64,000 nt of DNA from an uncultured Deferribacteres bacterium (GCA_964014485.1 CAXHAT010000007.1:1764-65763); one strand, 5' to 3'; shown: positions 19,090 to 28,862, numbered from the stretch's first letter. Numbers and translations: made by a program. The notes: a model not told the origin generated them from the sequence alone.

Positions 19090-20493
19090 TTAGTTGCCGA
19101 CAAGCAATTTTTCCGGATCCCAATTCACAATGCGCTGATCGGCGTAAGCCGTGTTTGTGAGAACGGCGGGCGCCGCGGCACGCAAACCATACGTCGCATC
19201 TTCTTCCACCTTGCCGTTTTCGCGAATCGCCGAAAAGAAATTGTAAAAATGATCCAGCCGCGCATCGTAACCTTCGGGCGTTTGATACTCGCTCACACCG
19301 GTTACAGCGGACTCCGGTTTGCCTTGCGCCGCCTTCATTTGGCGATATTCTTCGACAAAGTCTCGCTGCGTCGCTTCAGAAAAAGTACGCACGGAGTTAT
19401 ACCCTTCGACATATTCCTGCTCAGTACGTTTATATTGCCCGCGCTTTTCCAGCGTGAGACGCGAACCCTGGATGCGCATCATGCCTTCGCTGCCAATGAT
19501 GAGCGTTCCCGAAGGGCCGCTGCTATTGTCGACGAAATTTGCAGTCAGCGCAAGAGTAAACGCAGGGTGCGCCTTTGCTTGGGGGAAATCAAAAAGACCG
19601 GCAATTACGTCGGGAACGTCTCTGCCGTCCTTCCAAAACCGCAGCCCGCCCATAGCTGAAATGCGCGTCGGGCCGTGCGAAGTCAAAATATGGTGAACGG
19701 CGGAAAAAAGGTGGACGAAAAGGTCGCCGGGAATCCCCGTGCCGTAGTCAGTATAGTTGCGCCAGCGGAAAAAACGCGTCGCATCGAACGGTCGCTTTGG
19801 CGCTTCGCCAAGAAAACGCTCCCAATCGACGTTTTGCGGGGAAGCGTCCGGAGGGATGGAATATTGCCACGCGCCGACGTCTGAATTGCGCCGAAAGCTG
19901 GCTTCAATGAAATTCAGTTCGCCAATTGCACCTTCTTCAAAAAGCTGCCGGGCTTTGTCATTCAAAATTGAACTCACGCCCTGACTGCCGACTTCCAGTA
20001 CTTTGCCTGTTTTTTTCTCAGCTTCAATGACGCGCCGCCCTTCTTCCGGCGTGCGCACCATCGGCTTTTCGCAATAGACGTGTTTTTCCGCTTCCATCGC
20101 GTCGATTGCAATTTGAGCGTGCCAGTGGTCGGAAGTCGCGACGATGACCGCATCGACGTCGTCGCGCTGTAAGATTTCGCGATAGTCACGTGTTGTAAAA
20201 ATATGCGAGCCGTAGACTTCTTGCGCTCGCGTTCTCCTGCCGTCGTAAAGATCGGCAACGGCAACGAGCTCAACGCCCGGAACGCGCAAGGCCGTCTCAG
20301 TATCGATAAATCCGATAATGCCCATACCAATCGTCGCCAAGCGGATTTTATCGTTAGCCGTGTAGCGCTTTGGCTCTAAAAATTGCTGTGAAGTTTTTGC
20401 TTTGAGTATTGTCGGCGTGATCGCGGCAGAAGCTGAACCGGCGGCGACGGTCTTGATAAATTGACGACGTGAGCGATTTTTTTTAGACGACAT
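19090..20493 (-). CDS. Gfo/Idh/MocA-family oxidoreductase with twin-arginine signal
   Basis: Tat motif SRRQFIKTVAAGSASA. Rossmann GMGIIG. EKP motif CEKPM. Confidence 0.8.
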   Translation of the reverse strand: MSSKKNRSRRQFIKTVAAGSASAAITPTILKAKTSQQFLEPKRYTANDKIRLATIGMGIIGFIDTETALRVPGVELVAVADLYDGRRTRAQEVYGSHIFTTRDYREILQRDDVDAVIVATSDHWHAQIAIDAMEAEKHVYCEKPMVRTPEEGRRVIEAEKKTGKVLEVGSQGVSSILNDKARQLFEEGAIGELNFIEASFRRNSDVGAWQYSIPPDASPQNVDWERFLGEAPKRPFDATRFFRWRNYTDYGTGIPGDLFVHLFSAVHHILTSHGPTRISAMGGLRFWKDGRDVPDVIAGLFDFPQAKAHPAFTLALTANFVDNSSGPSGTLIIGSEGMMRIQGSRLTLEKRGQYKRTEQEYVEGYNSVRTFSEATQRDFVEEYRQMKAAQGKPESAVTGVSEYQTPEGYDARLDHFYNFFSAIRENGKVEEDATYGLRAAAPAVLTNTAYADQRIVNWDPEKLLVGN

Positions 20494-20519
20494 TTGAATT
20501 CCCTGAGAGCATCGAATCT

Positions 20520-22439
20520 CTATTTGATTTGAATCTCATCCACAAACAGCCAAGCTTTTCCTCCAGCGCCAGGATGCCATGCCGGACACTCGCCGGTGTT
20601 TTTTGCTCGAATCCGAACAAAGCGAGCGCGCTTGGCGATTCCTTCCTTAACGACCTCCTGAACCATTCTTTCTTCCTTCGAGGCTTCCGCCTGAAAATGT
20701 GCAACGTTTTGAAATGATTCACCATTTTCAGACACATCAAACGCGACTTCAGCGGGCGAAAATATCCAGGCCGGAATATTCTGTAAAAAACTAACGGAAA
20801 TATTTTTTATTTCCACGACTTCTCCGAGATCAATCAAAGCTTCCAGGTCATCGCCTTCAAATCCCAGCCAATGTTGTCGAAAATCGTCCTTTTGCCCCAA
20901 TCGTCCGTCGATGAGCGAGCGCGCGCCAAGCGCCGGATATTTGGGACTGTTTGCGATTGATAATTTGACCGACTTACCAACTGCGTTGTGTGAAACTTTC
21001 GGGCCGCGCGGCGCAGGCTTGCCCCAATTTTCTAGGCCGATATCCAATTCGTCGCCGCGAATTTTCATCTCATGCCGTAAAATTTCCCGCAATTGAGTCA
21101 GACGCCCCGCCGCCGCAGGATCATCGGCGAGGTTTTTCGTTTCAGATGGATCAACATTCAAATCAAACAATTGCGTCGTTTCAACGCCGTTCACAAAATA
21201 TTTGATCAGCTTCCAATTGTCATGTGTTCGAACGCCGCGTTGAAAATCGTAATAAAGAAAAAACGCGTTTTCTCTCAGAAAAGCATTTTCCTGACGTAAA
21301 ATCGGTGCCAGACTTTTTCCTTGAACAGTCTCAGGGATCGACGTTTCGCTCATTTCACACAAGGTTGGGAACAGATCGAAAAGATAGGCGAATTGTTCCC
21401 GCTTTTCTCCAGCCGGAACGCCCGGCCCGGCCATAATCATTGGAATGCGCACGCTGTGTTCGTACAGGTTTTGTTTGCCCAACAAGCCGTGCTGCCCGAC
21501 GGCAAGTCCGTTGTCTCCAGCGAAAACGATGATTGTGTTTTCCAGTTGCCCGGACGCTTCCAGCGCGTCCAAAATGCGTCCGATTTGCGCGTCGACCTCG
21601 CTGATCATGGCGTAATATTCGGCGATTTCTTTTTTGATCATCTCCGGTGTTCGCGGCCAGGGAAGCAGCTTCTCGTCCCGCAGGCGCAAATCGCCGTTAT
21701 TGAAAGGATGTTCAGGCATGAAGTTCGGCGGCAGGGAGATTTTTGCCGGATCGTAAAGTTTGCGAAACTCTTGCGGCGCGGTGCGCGGATCATGCGGAGA
21801 AGTGAATGAAACATAGGCGAAAAATGGTTCATCGCCGTCTTTTTGCCGTTCGATAAAATCTATTGCCGCGTCCGCATATGTTTCGCTGGAAAATTTGTCG
21901 GCTTGAAATCGCGCTTCGTTGGGATATTCGCCGTTTTCATCGAAATGGTGCAGCCAGGGACGCTCGTGCCCGCCGTCCTTTGGCCAGTGCATACCGCCAA
22001 AATAAATGTTGTCGCCGTTTGAAAAAGCGCGTGCGAAATCGTGGCGGCTTTGGTGCCATTTTCCTGTTGCGAAAGTCGCGTAACCTTGCTCGGCAAAGTG
22101 CTCAGGCATCATTTTATGTTCTTCTGGGATGTACCCCCCGGAACGCACGATCCCCAACGCATGGCGACCTGTCATCAGCATGGCGCGGCTTGGGGCGCAG
22201 ACGGCGCCGCTGTAGCCAACCATGACATGCGCTCGTGTAAACGCCGTGCCCATCGCTGCCAGACGATCCATGTTTGGCGTGTGAATTTCATTATTTCCGA
22301 GAGCACGGATTGTGTCGAAGCGCTGATCGTCGGTGAAAAGAATGAGAATATTCGGCGGGCTGCTCTTCGATGCGCAGGAAAGGTGGAGCGACAGCAAAAA
22401 AAGTGTGATGACGGAACTTGGAAAGTTGGATTTCATCAA
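20520..22439 (-). CDS. Secreted Cys-type sulfatase with C-terminal discoidin (F5/8 type C)-like domain
   Basis: Signal peptide. Formylglycine motif CAPSRAMLMTGR. The sulfatase core is followed by about 150 aa ending in WLFVDEIQIK, which is typical of discoidin-type domains. Confidence 0.8.
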   Translation of the reverse strand: MMKSNFPSSVITLFLLSLHLSCASKSSPPNILILFTDDQRFDTIRALGNNEIHTPNMDRLAAMGTAFTRAHVMVGYSGAVCAPSRAMLMTGRHALGIVRSGGYIPEEHKMMPEHFAEQGYATFATGKWHQSRHDFARAFSNGDNIYFGGMHWPKDGGHERPWLHHFDENGEYPNEARFQADKFSSETYADAAIDFIERQKDGDEPFFAYVSFTSPHDPRTAPQEFRKLYDPAKISLPPNFMPEHPFNNGDLRLRDEKLLPWPRTPEMIKKEIAEYYAMISEVDAQIGRILDALEASGQLENTIIVFAGDNGLAVGQHGLLGKQNLYEHSVRIPMIMAGPGVPAGEKREQFAYLFDLFPTLCEMSETSIPETVQGKSLAPILRQENAFLRENAFFLYYDFQRGVRTHDNWKLIKYFVNGVETTQLFDLNVDPSETKNLADDPAAAGRLTQLREILRHEMKIRGDELDIGLENWGKPAPRGPKVSHNAVGKSVKLSIANSPKYPALGARSLIDGRLGQKDDFRQHWLGFEGDDLEALIDLGEVVEIKNISVSFLQNIPAWIFSPAEVAFDVSENGESFQNVAHFQAEASKEERMVQEVVKEGIAKRARFVRIRAKNTGECPAWHPGAGGKAWLFVDEIQIK

Positions 22440-22593
22440 TCAGGCTTAAGTATCAATTTTGGCTGTTTTTCAATCGCCGCAGAGGGGCCGGGTGAAAAGC
22501 GTCATGTATTGAACTGGAAAATTGACAGGCAGCGTGCAAACAGAAATTCACGAGTGGAACGATGTTGCCGGGCGATTGAAAGCTTTTTGACGG

Positions 22594-22808
22594 TTCACTA
22601 CCTGACACTTTTTGATGCTGTGAGTTCATGTCACCCCATTCGGGGTTTCAGGGAAGATTTTTGGCGCATTTTCTATAATCATTCCACCCCTGTCGGGGTT
22701 TTTGCCGCCTGAAAACCCCGACAGGGGTGAAATGATTATAGAAAAATCCGAACCAAATCATCTTTACCAAACTCCGAAGGAGTGATATAAAAAGTGTCAG
22801 GTAGTAAA
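22594..22808. repeat. Family E MITE-like element bounded by about 20-bp terminal inverted repeats (TTCACTACCTGACACTTTTT)
   Basis: Left TIR at 22594-22614 and right TIR at 22788-22808 (AAAAAGTGTCAGGTAGTAAA). About 36-bp internal hairpin TTTTCTATAATCATTCCACCCCTGTCGGGGTTTT/AAAACCCCGACAGGGGTGAAATGATTATAGAAAA. Confidence 0.75.
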
Positions 22809-22851
22809 TTCGGCGGTCAAAAAACTGAAGCATTCCAGAAAACACAAATAA

Positions 22852-23676
22852 TCAGGACGCTTTTCTCTGTTCGTTGCGATGGAGAAAGGGCGCTTTTTCC
22901 ATATTTTGACTGATGTACGCATCGACGGCTTTTGAAGAAGGGGCGTCAGAATACGCCAGATCGGTCGGGATTTGCAGCGAAAAAACGTTGCCGCTTTCTT
23001 CCTGGACAATCCTTTGGCTCAAAAGAAAAAGAAGCCTCTCTTGAATCACATCATCGAATTCCGGCGAGAACGCAGCTTCAGAATGACGATTGATAAATTC
23101 TTCCGCTCGTTGAATCTCATATTTTTCCTTTTGAGTCGGTACGGCCGGCTTCTCAATTTTGGGCGCTTGAACTAGTTCGTGCGATGGCCTGAGAGTCGTC
23201 AAATACAATGCGTTTTCCTTGGCCCAGATTGCAGCAGTACATTGTTCTTTTTCCAGATGTATTTCCGCCAGGCCAAACGTTTTTGCGTTAAGAAGCGCCT
23301 CTCTTAAAATTTTGTACTCCTGAGCTGCGTTTTGCTCTGGAGAAAGAAGAAAAGAGTCGCGGAAATAGTAGGGATCAACCGCCGTCTTCTTGACGAACTT
23401 GTCGATTGAAATCGTTTTCGCGCTTTTCGCCGCCGCCAACTCAAAATCTTCCTGTTCGACTTGCAAAAATCTGTCTTTGCCGATTTTTACTCCCAGCGCG
23501 ATTTCTCTCTCCGGAACCGTTCCGTGCTCCGGGCATGATCTGCTCAGTGACGCAGGCGCGGAGCAAGACTTGTGGAGCGCATCAAACTGAATGCCGCTGG
23601 ACTGATGTGCTGAAACGAGCTTGACCGGAATTTCAAATCGATCAAAACGCAAAACCCCGTCCCAGAAAGTGTCCAT
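22852..23676 (-). CDS. ku: Ku-like DNA end-binding protein (divergent)
   Basis: The N-terminus FWDGVLRFDRFEIPVKLVSA, ISIDKFVKKTAVDPYYFRDSFLLSPE and YKILREALLNAKTFGLAEIHL parallel bacterial Ku blocks. ATG 23676 is preceded by AGGAGG. Confidence 0.65.
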   Translation of the reverse strand: MDTFWDGVLRFDRFEIPVKLVSAHQSSGIQFDALHKSCSAPASLSRSCPEHGTVPEREIALGVKIGKDRFLQVEQEDFELAAAKSAKTISIDKFVKKTAVDPYYFRDSFLLSPEQNAAQEYKILREALLNAKTFGLAEIHLEKEQCTAAIWAKENALYLTTLRPSHELVQAPKIEKPAVPTQKEKYEIQRAEEFINRHSEAAFSPEFDDVIQERLLFLLSQRIVQEESGNVFSLQIPTDLAYSDAPSSKAVDAYISQNMEKAPFLHRNEQRKAS

Positions 23677-23922
23677 ATTACCCTCCTTGAATAATGGCAT
23701 TAGCTCAATTAAAGAGAAGTGGAAAAATTGTCAAGCGCGAATAGCCGTAAACGCTTGCATTTAGCGCAAGGCGGCTTCATATAAGCAAAGGTGTTTTTTC
23801 AGAGCGGAGACGACGAAGCATGTGGCGAATTTGGTGGACAAAAGGTCAAAAATTATACCGATGTTCACCGTTTGTTGCAAGCATTTTTTTCTGTAATGCG
23901 AAATATTTTCAGAGGTGACGGT

Positions 23923-24729
23923 ATGCAAAAAGCGCAGGGATTTTTTATAGTAATTTTTCTAGGCAGTTTTTGGATGGCTTGTGAAAAATCGGCGGAGACC
24001 GGTGCGTTTAACGGTCGTTGGATCGATTTAACGTATGAATATTCTGAAGAAACAATCTACTGGCCGACCGCTGACGGGTTTCAGCTCGAGATCGTTTCGG
24101 CGGGCATGACCGAAGCGGGTTATTATTACGCCGCCAATAATTTGTGCACCGCTGAACACGGCGGCACCCACCTTGATTCGCCGATCCATTTTGCGGAAGG
24201 TCAATGGACGACGGAGCAAATCCCGCTGGACAATCTGACCGGCTTTGCCGTGGTCGTCGATGTTTCGGAAAAGGCGGTGAACAACCGGGATTATCTTTTA
24301 TCGACCGAGGATTTCGAAAATTGGGAGAAACAAAACGGCAAAATCCCGGATGACGCCATCGTTTTGCTCCGTTTTGGCTACGGGAAATATTGGCCGGATC
24401 GGCTGGGGTACCTGGGAACGGAAATGACTGGCCCGGAAGCCGTCGCTGAATTGCATTTTCCGGGACTGGATCCGGAAGCGGCGAAATGGTTGGTTACAGA
24501 GCGCCAAATCAAGGCAATTGGGTTGGACACGCCGAGCATTGATTTCGGCCAATCCAAGCTTTTCGAGAGTCACAGGATTTTATTCGAAAAAAACATCCCC
24601 GCTTTTGAAAACGTGGCCAATCTTGATCAATTGCCGGTGCAAGGCGCATACATCGTTGCATTGCCGATGAAAATCAAAGGCGGCAGCGGCGCGCCGTTGC
24701 GCATTATCGCGTTTTTACAGGATAAGTAG
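23923..24729 (+). CDS. Cyclase-family (kynurenine formamidase-like) lipoprotein
   Basis: HGGTHLDSPIHF metal motif. Lipobox-like FLGSFWMAC. ATG 23923 is preceded by GAGGTGA. Confidence 0.7.
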   Translation: MQKAQGFFIVIFLGSFWMACEKSAETGAFNGRWIDLTYEYSEETIYWPTADGFQLEIVSAGMTEAGYYYAANNLCTAEHGGTHLDSPIHFAEGQWTTEQIPLDNLTGFAVVVDVSEKAVNNRDYLLSTEDFENWEKQNGKIPDDAIVLLRFGYGKYWPDRLGYLGTEMTGPEAVAELHFPGLDPEAAKWLVTERQIKAIGLDTPSIDFGQSKLFESHRILFEKNIPAFENVANLDQLPVQGAYIVALPMKIKGGSGAPLRIIAFLQDK

Positions 24730-24765
24730 TAGTGTCGGGGGCGCGATTTGCTGGATTTCCGGCTG

Positions 24766-25232
24766 TTTAGTTACTGATGTTACGCGCGCCTCGTTTGGCG
24801 TGCGTGATCAAAGCCCGTAGGCAACTATTGATTCTCATTAGCTCCGTTCTTCAGAGCGGAGATATTTGAGGACGGCTGTCCCTTGTCCCTCTCTTCCGCC
24901 GCGTCAGCGCGGCGGAAGAGAAGGAAGTGGGCGTTCTGCGCTTCACCGGGCTGAAGCCTAATGTCACTAACTTTTTGTGATTTTGAACTTAAACAAGTCT
25001 TGATAATGGTCACCACAGGGCAAGCTGAAGCTTGAACTACAAACGACAGTGCTTCTCTTACGCTCAGAGTAGAAGGATGTACGGTGGTTTGTAGTTCAAA
25101 CTTTAGTTTGTTTGAGCGTAACCAAAGCAAAAAGTTAGTGACATTGGGCTGAAGCCCGGCGCTAATGAGACAAGATTTGCCCCGAGACTTAGGATATGCG
25201 TTGCCGCGCGTAACATCAGTATCAGTTAGTTA
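24766..25232. repeat. Composite element: Family C TIR-bounded repeat carrying a nested Family B long hairpin
   Basis: Outer TIRs ACTGATGTTACGCGCG (24772-) and CGCGCGTAACATCAGT (-25220). Internal GCTAATGAG-type arms and central hairpin CTCTTCCGCCGCG/CGCGGCGGAAGAG. Nested unit at 24961-25144, bounded by ATGTCACTAACTTTTT/AAAAAGTTAGTGACAT, with core GAACTACAAACGACAGTGC...CGGTGGTTTGTAGTTC. Confidence 0.75.
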
Positions 25233-27077
25233 TCGGGACGAAGGTCTCAAAACGGCAAGTTGCAATGCAGGCACGGTGATGACGCATTTGCCTGATTCAA
25301 CGCTGAAGGTCTCGCCTGAAATCAAATCTTCGAAGGCAGTCGTTCCCTCCGCGGCATCGATTTCGATGCTTTGGGCGTCGTTGTTGTTGATGATCACGAA
25401 CCGCTCTTCACCGGCGAGCGTTCTTTTGTAACCGACAATCTTACGCTCATTGTCGATTTTGAAAAACGCCAACTCACCGACGGAAAAAACGCGGTCTGAT
25501 TTTCGAATTGCGATCAGTTTTTTGTACCAATCGAACAAGTCCTGATTGAATTCAACCGTATCGCGCGGGCGCTGCTTGCCTTGCGGATGCGTCGTTTCAT
25601 CGTCGTACTCGAATTCCGGCCAAACCATCGGCTTGCGACAGTCCGGGTCGTCGCCGCCCCACATGCCGGCTTCGTCGCCGTAATAAACCATCGGCGCGCC
25701 GGGCATGGTCATTTGAATGCCGACGATCAACTTGTGCTTTTGCACTTCTTCGGCGTTTGGCTTGCGAACGTCGTAATTGTTCTGCGGCTCTGGCTTGGCG
25801 TCATGATCATACCAGCGATCCGGATTGACGACTTGCGAATTAACGCGGTCAACGTCGTGGCTGGCCATGAGATTTTGCAGGACGTGGTAATTTTCGGAGT
25901 GATAATCGGCGCGGATTTGCCGCATTTTGTCTGCGAAAGTTTGCGCGGAGATTTGCGTTTTTTGATCGATGACAAATTGCTTGACCGCCGCCGCGAAACG
26001 ATAATTCATCACGGCGTCATAAGCGCGCCCGTCCAGCCACGGCGCGGCGTTGAACATCTTGTTTTTGGGCCAATCTTCCCACCACAACTCGCCAGTGATA
26101 TAGGCGTCGGGATTGATCTCCTTGACCCAGCCCCTGAATTTGTGCCAAAACTTAAGTTCGACCATTTCCGAAACGTCCAGCCGCCAGCCGTCAATGCCGT
26201 CCGATGGATCGCCGTCGCCGTTTGGATCCATCCAGCGTTTTAAAATGTTACGGACGTGCTCTTGAAAAGCCGGGACAAAACCGTTTTCGTTTTCACGAAT
26301 TTCAGGCAAAGTGCGCACGCCGAACCAGCCTTCGTAATCGAACTCGCTTGTATCGCTAGTGGCGGGATCATCCCAGGCTTTGACCGTAAACCAGTCTTTG
26401 TATTTTGAATTCTGCTGGTTTTCGACCAAGTCCTGAAACGCCCAAAAAGTGGAGCCGACGTGGTTCCAGACGCCGTCGATGATAACGCGGATGCCGCGCT
26501 TGTGACATTCGTCCAGAAGTTTGAGAAAAAGCTTGTCCGCCGCCGTCCATTGCCAAGTCGCCGGATCAGCCGGGTCTTCCTGCTCCCAAAGCGCGCGGTC
26601 TTTTTCCGGCTCCGGGCCAAAATTGTTGTCAATATGACGATAAAGCGAAGCGTCGTATTTGTGCAGCGAAGGTGATTCGAAAAGCGGGTTAAAGTAGATC
26701 CCCGTGACGCCCAACTCTTGCAGATAATCAAGCTTGTCCAGAACCCCCTGAAGATCGCCGCCGTATCGACGATGACCGGATTCCCAGTAGAAGCCGCGAC
26801 CGGTGACATTTTCCCACGGCTGCAATTTATACCAGTCAGAAGTCCAGGGATGAACCTGCCAATCTTCGCTGGGCGGAAAATCGGGCCACGAGCCTTTCAT
26901 TTCTCTGGTCGTCGGATCGTTGCTCGGATCGCCGTTGTGAAAGCGTTCCGGGAAAATCTGGTACCAAACAACCTCTTTGGCCCACTGCGGCACGCGATCA
27001 GGCGCTTCTGCTTCCTGGGAATTTTGACAACCTAAAAAACCTGCTAAAATCAGCAAAAAACAAAAACGCCTGTTCAT
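25230..27077 (-). CDS. Secreted GH13 alpha-amylase-family glycoside hydrolase
   Basis: GH13 regions GIYFNPLFESPSLHKYD, VIIDGVWNHVG, GWRLDVSEMV, YITGELW and LMASHDVDR. Confidence 0.9.
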   Translation of the reverse strand: MNRRFCFLLILAGFLGCQNSQEAEAPDRVPQWAKEVVWYQIFPERFHNGDPSNDPTTREMKGSWPDFPPSEDWQVHPWTSDWYKLQPWENVTGRGFYWESGHRRYGGDLQGVLDKLDYLQELGVTGIYFNPLFESPSLHKYDASLYRHIDNNFGPEPEKDRALWEQEDPADPATWQWTAADKLFLKLLDECHKRGIRVIIDGVWNHVGSTFWAFQDLVENQQNSKYKDWFTVKAWDDPATSDTSEFDYEGWFGVRTLPEIRENENGFVPAFQEHVRNILKRWMDPNGDGDPSDGIDGWRLDVSEMVELKFWHKFRGWVKEINPDAYITGELWWEDWPKNKMFNAAPWLDGRAYDAVMNYRFAAAVKQFVIDQKTQISAQTFADKMRQIRADYHSENYHVLQNLMASHDVDRVNSQVVNPDRWYDHDAKPEPQNNYDVRKPNAEEVQKHKLIVGIQMTMPGAPMVYYGDEAGMWGGDDPDCRKPMVWPEFEYDDETTHPQGKQRPRDTVEFNQDLFDWYKKLIAIRKSDRVFSVGELAFFKIDNERKIVGYKRTLAGEERFVIINNNDAQSIEIDAAEGTTAFEDLISGETFSVESGKCVITVPALQLAVLRPSSR

Positions 27078-27086
27078 CTTTCATCC

Positions 27087-28679
27087 CTAATTTTGGTCTA
27101 CCACTACGAATTCGATTCTACGATTTCTGCGCCTGCCTTCGCGTGTGGAGTTGGGCGCTACCGGGTTGCGCGGGCCAAAGCCTTCCGATCTGATTCGGCT
27201 TGGTTCTATGCCGCGCTCGGCGAGGAAAAACTTCACGGCGTCGGCGCGATCTTGCGACAGTCGCATGTTTAATTGCAGACTGCCGGTGTTGTCGGTGTAG
27301 CCGTGAATGGCGACGCGCACTTCCGGATTCTGCACCAGCGTGTAATACGCCTGGTCGAGAATTCTCGCTGACGACGGATCAATTTCCGCGCTGCCGGTGC
27401 GAAAAGTCACGCCGTCGAGGATGATGCGTTTGTTTTCTTTGATGTCTAAAACAGGCACGTCGTCATCAGCCAACAATGGATTTGAGCCGCGCAGAACTTC
27501 CGTCCCGTCGTCGATAGAGCCGCCGTCAGTGTCGTTTTTAAGCGGATCGGTTTTGTGCTGATTGACTTCTTCACCGTCTTTCAAGCCGTCCTTGTCGCTG
27601 TCACGCTCGAGGGGATTGGTTTTATAACGATTGATTTCATCGGCGTCGTTTAGGCCGTCATTATCGGTGTCGGCTTTGCGGGGATGCGTTTTATGAATTT
27701 TGATTTCGTCGCCGTCATTGAGGCCGTCTTCGTCTGAGTCGGCTTTGGTCGGGTAGGTGCGCTGGCGCAGTTCTTCCAAATCATCCAGGCCGTCGCTGTC
27801 AGTATCGGCGGACATGGGGTCGGTCTTGGAGCGATTGACCTCAAGGCCGTCCTTAATTTTGTCGCCGTCTGAGTCGGCCTTTTTCGGATCGGTGCGATAT
27901 TTTTGAATTTCTTCACCGTCTAAAAGTTCGTCACGGTCCGAGTCGGCCAAAAGCGGGTTCGTTTTGTGAATGAGTACTTCTTCGCCGTCGTTCAAGCCGT
28001 CATCATCGGTGTCGGCCAGCTTGGGATTCGTGCCGTAGCGTTTTTCGTCTTTGGTAAAAAGTCCGTCTCCGTCAATGTCTCGTTTTTTGCGGAATGTGAA
28101 AGTCAAACCGGCGGAGGCGGTGAAAAAATGGTCGTCCTTTGGAAAGACTTCGGTGGCGTCGTAGAGGTCGTTGAAAGCAAAGTGATAATAAGCCCTGCCG
28201 TCAAAAGAAACGACGCTGGAAAACCGAATGCTGATTCCGCCGCCAACCGGCGCCGTCACGAAGTTTTTGCTTACGTCGAGATTGGGATCAAAATTGACGT
28301 TATTGTCGTTGCGCTTAATGTCATAGGTGAAGTATCGTCCCCCTGCGGCAAGGTAGGGTCGGAATATTTCCGGGCCGATAATCGCAAAGCGCATGGTCAA
28401 GCCAACGCCGTAAAGTCGGGTCAAAAATCGCCGGTCGCCGGTTCGCGCCGCAACTTCGCCTGTGTTGAAGGAAGGTTCGATGGAAAAGCGGCTGGAAAGA
28501 AAATGTTCGAAAAAAAACGTGCCGTAGGGTCGGGGAAGGGGGGCTTTGAAATCATCGCCTTCGTAATGCGTGCCGCCGGCCTTGAAACCAAAAGACGTCG
28601 CTCCTCGCAATCCTTGCGCCGACGCTCCCGTGGAAAGCAGCAGAAGAATGACGAATCCCCGCCCGATTCGTTTGTTCAT
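27087..28679 (-). CDS. OmpA-family outer membrane protein with multiple thrombospondin type-3 (DxDxDG) calcium-binding repeats
   Basis: N-terminal beta-barrel-like region. At least 9 repeats (DTDDDGLNDGEE, DSDGDKIKDG, DTDNDGLNDADE ...). OmpA_C motif TDNTGS...LSQDRADAV...NRRIEF. Confidence 0.85.
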   Translation of the reverse strand: MNKRIGRGFVILLLLSTGASAQGLRGATSFGFKAGGTHYEGDDFKAPLPRPYGTFFFEHFLSSRFSIEPSFNTGEVAARTGDRRFLTRLYGVGLTMRFAIIGPEIFRPYLAAGGRYFTYDIKRNDNNVNFDPNLDVSKNFVTAPVGGGISIRFSSVVSFDGRAYYHFAFNDLYDATEVFPKDDHFFTASAGLTFTFRKKRDIDGDGLFTKDEKRYGTNPKLADTDDDGLNDGEEVLIHKTNPLLADSDRDELLDGEEIQKYRTDPKKADSDGDKIKDGLEVNRSKTDPMSADTDSDGLDDLEELRQRTYPTKADSDEDGLNDGDEIKIHKTHPRKADTDNDGLNDADEINRYKTNPLERDSDKDGLKDGEEVNQHKTDPLKNDTDGGSIDDGTEVLRGSNPLLADDDVPVLDIKENKRIILDGVTFRTGSAEIDPSSARILDQAYYTLVQNPEVRVAIHGYTDNTGSLQLNMRLSQDRADAVKFFLAERGIEPSRIRSEGFGPRNPVAPNSTREGRRRNRRIEFVVVDQN

Positions 28680-28862
28680 GATGTAGCCTCCTGAATTAAT
28701 AAAATTTCATCCCTGAATGGGCGTAATTCCTGCAAAAATAACAACTTTATCTAAACTTGCAACTCAAATGTTGCACCAGGGGCGTTGGGCGATCTCCTCA
28801 GTCAGCGGCGGCTTGACATTCTTTTTCAGCCTCGTTTATTTTTTTGAAAGCGTGCAACATCA

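Noticed and set aside
22852-24729. Ku plus the adjacent cyclase-family gene as a functional pair
   Set aside because: The genes are divergent with a 247-bp spacer, and the cyclase-family product has a lipoprotein signal (periplasmic or surface) while Ku is cytoplasmic. There is no rationale for a joint function.
24825-25130. 101-aa ORF (and the 110-aa ORF at 39447-39779) sharing the peptide KLKFELQTTVHPST
   Set aside because: The shared peptide is simply the translation of the Family B hairpin stem. The ORFs lie on opposite strands relative to the repeat and have no other similarity or RBS.
28813-28842. Sigma-70-like promoter (TTGACA-N17-TTATTT) upstream of the sigma-like gene
   Set aside because: The -35 hexamer is perfect, but the -10 candidate is weak and the promoter consensus of this lineage is unknown. 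This is not enough to annotate it.
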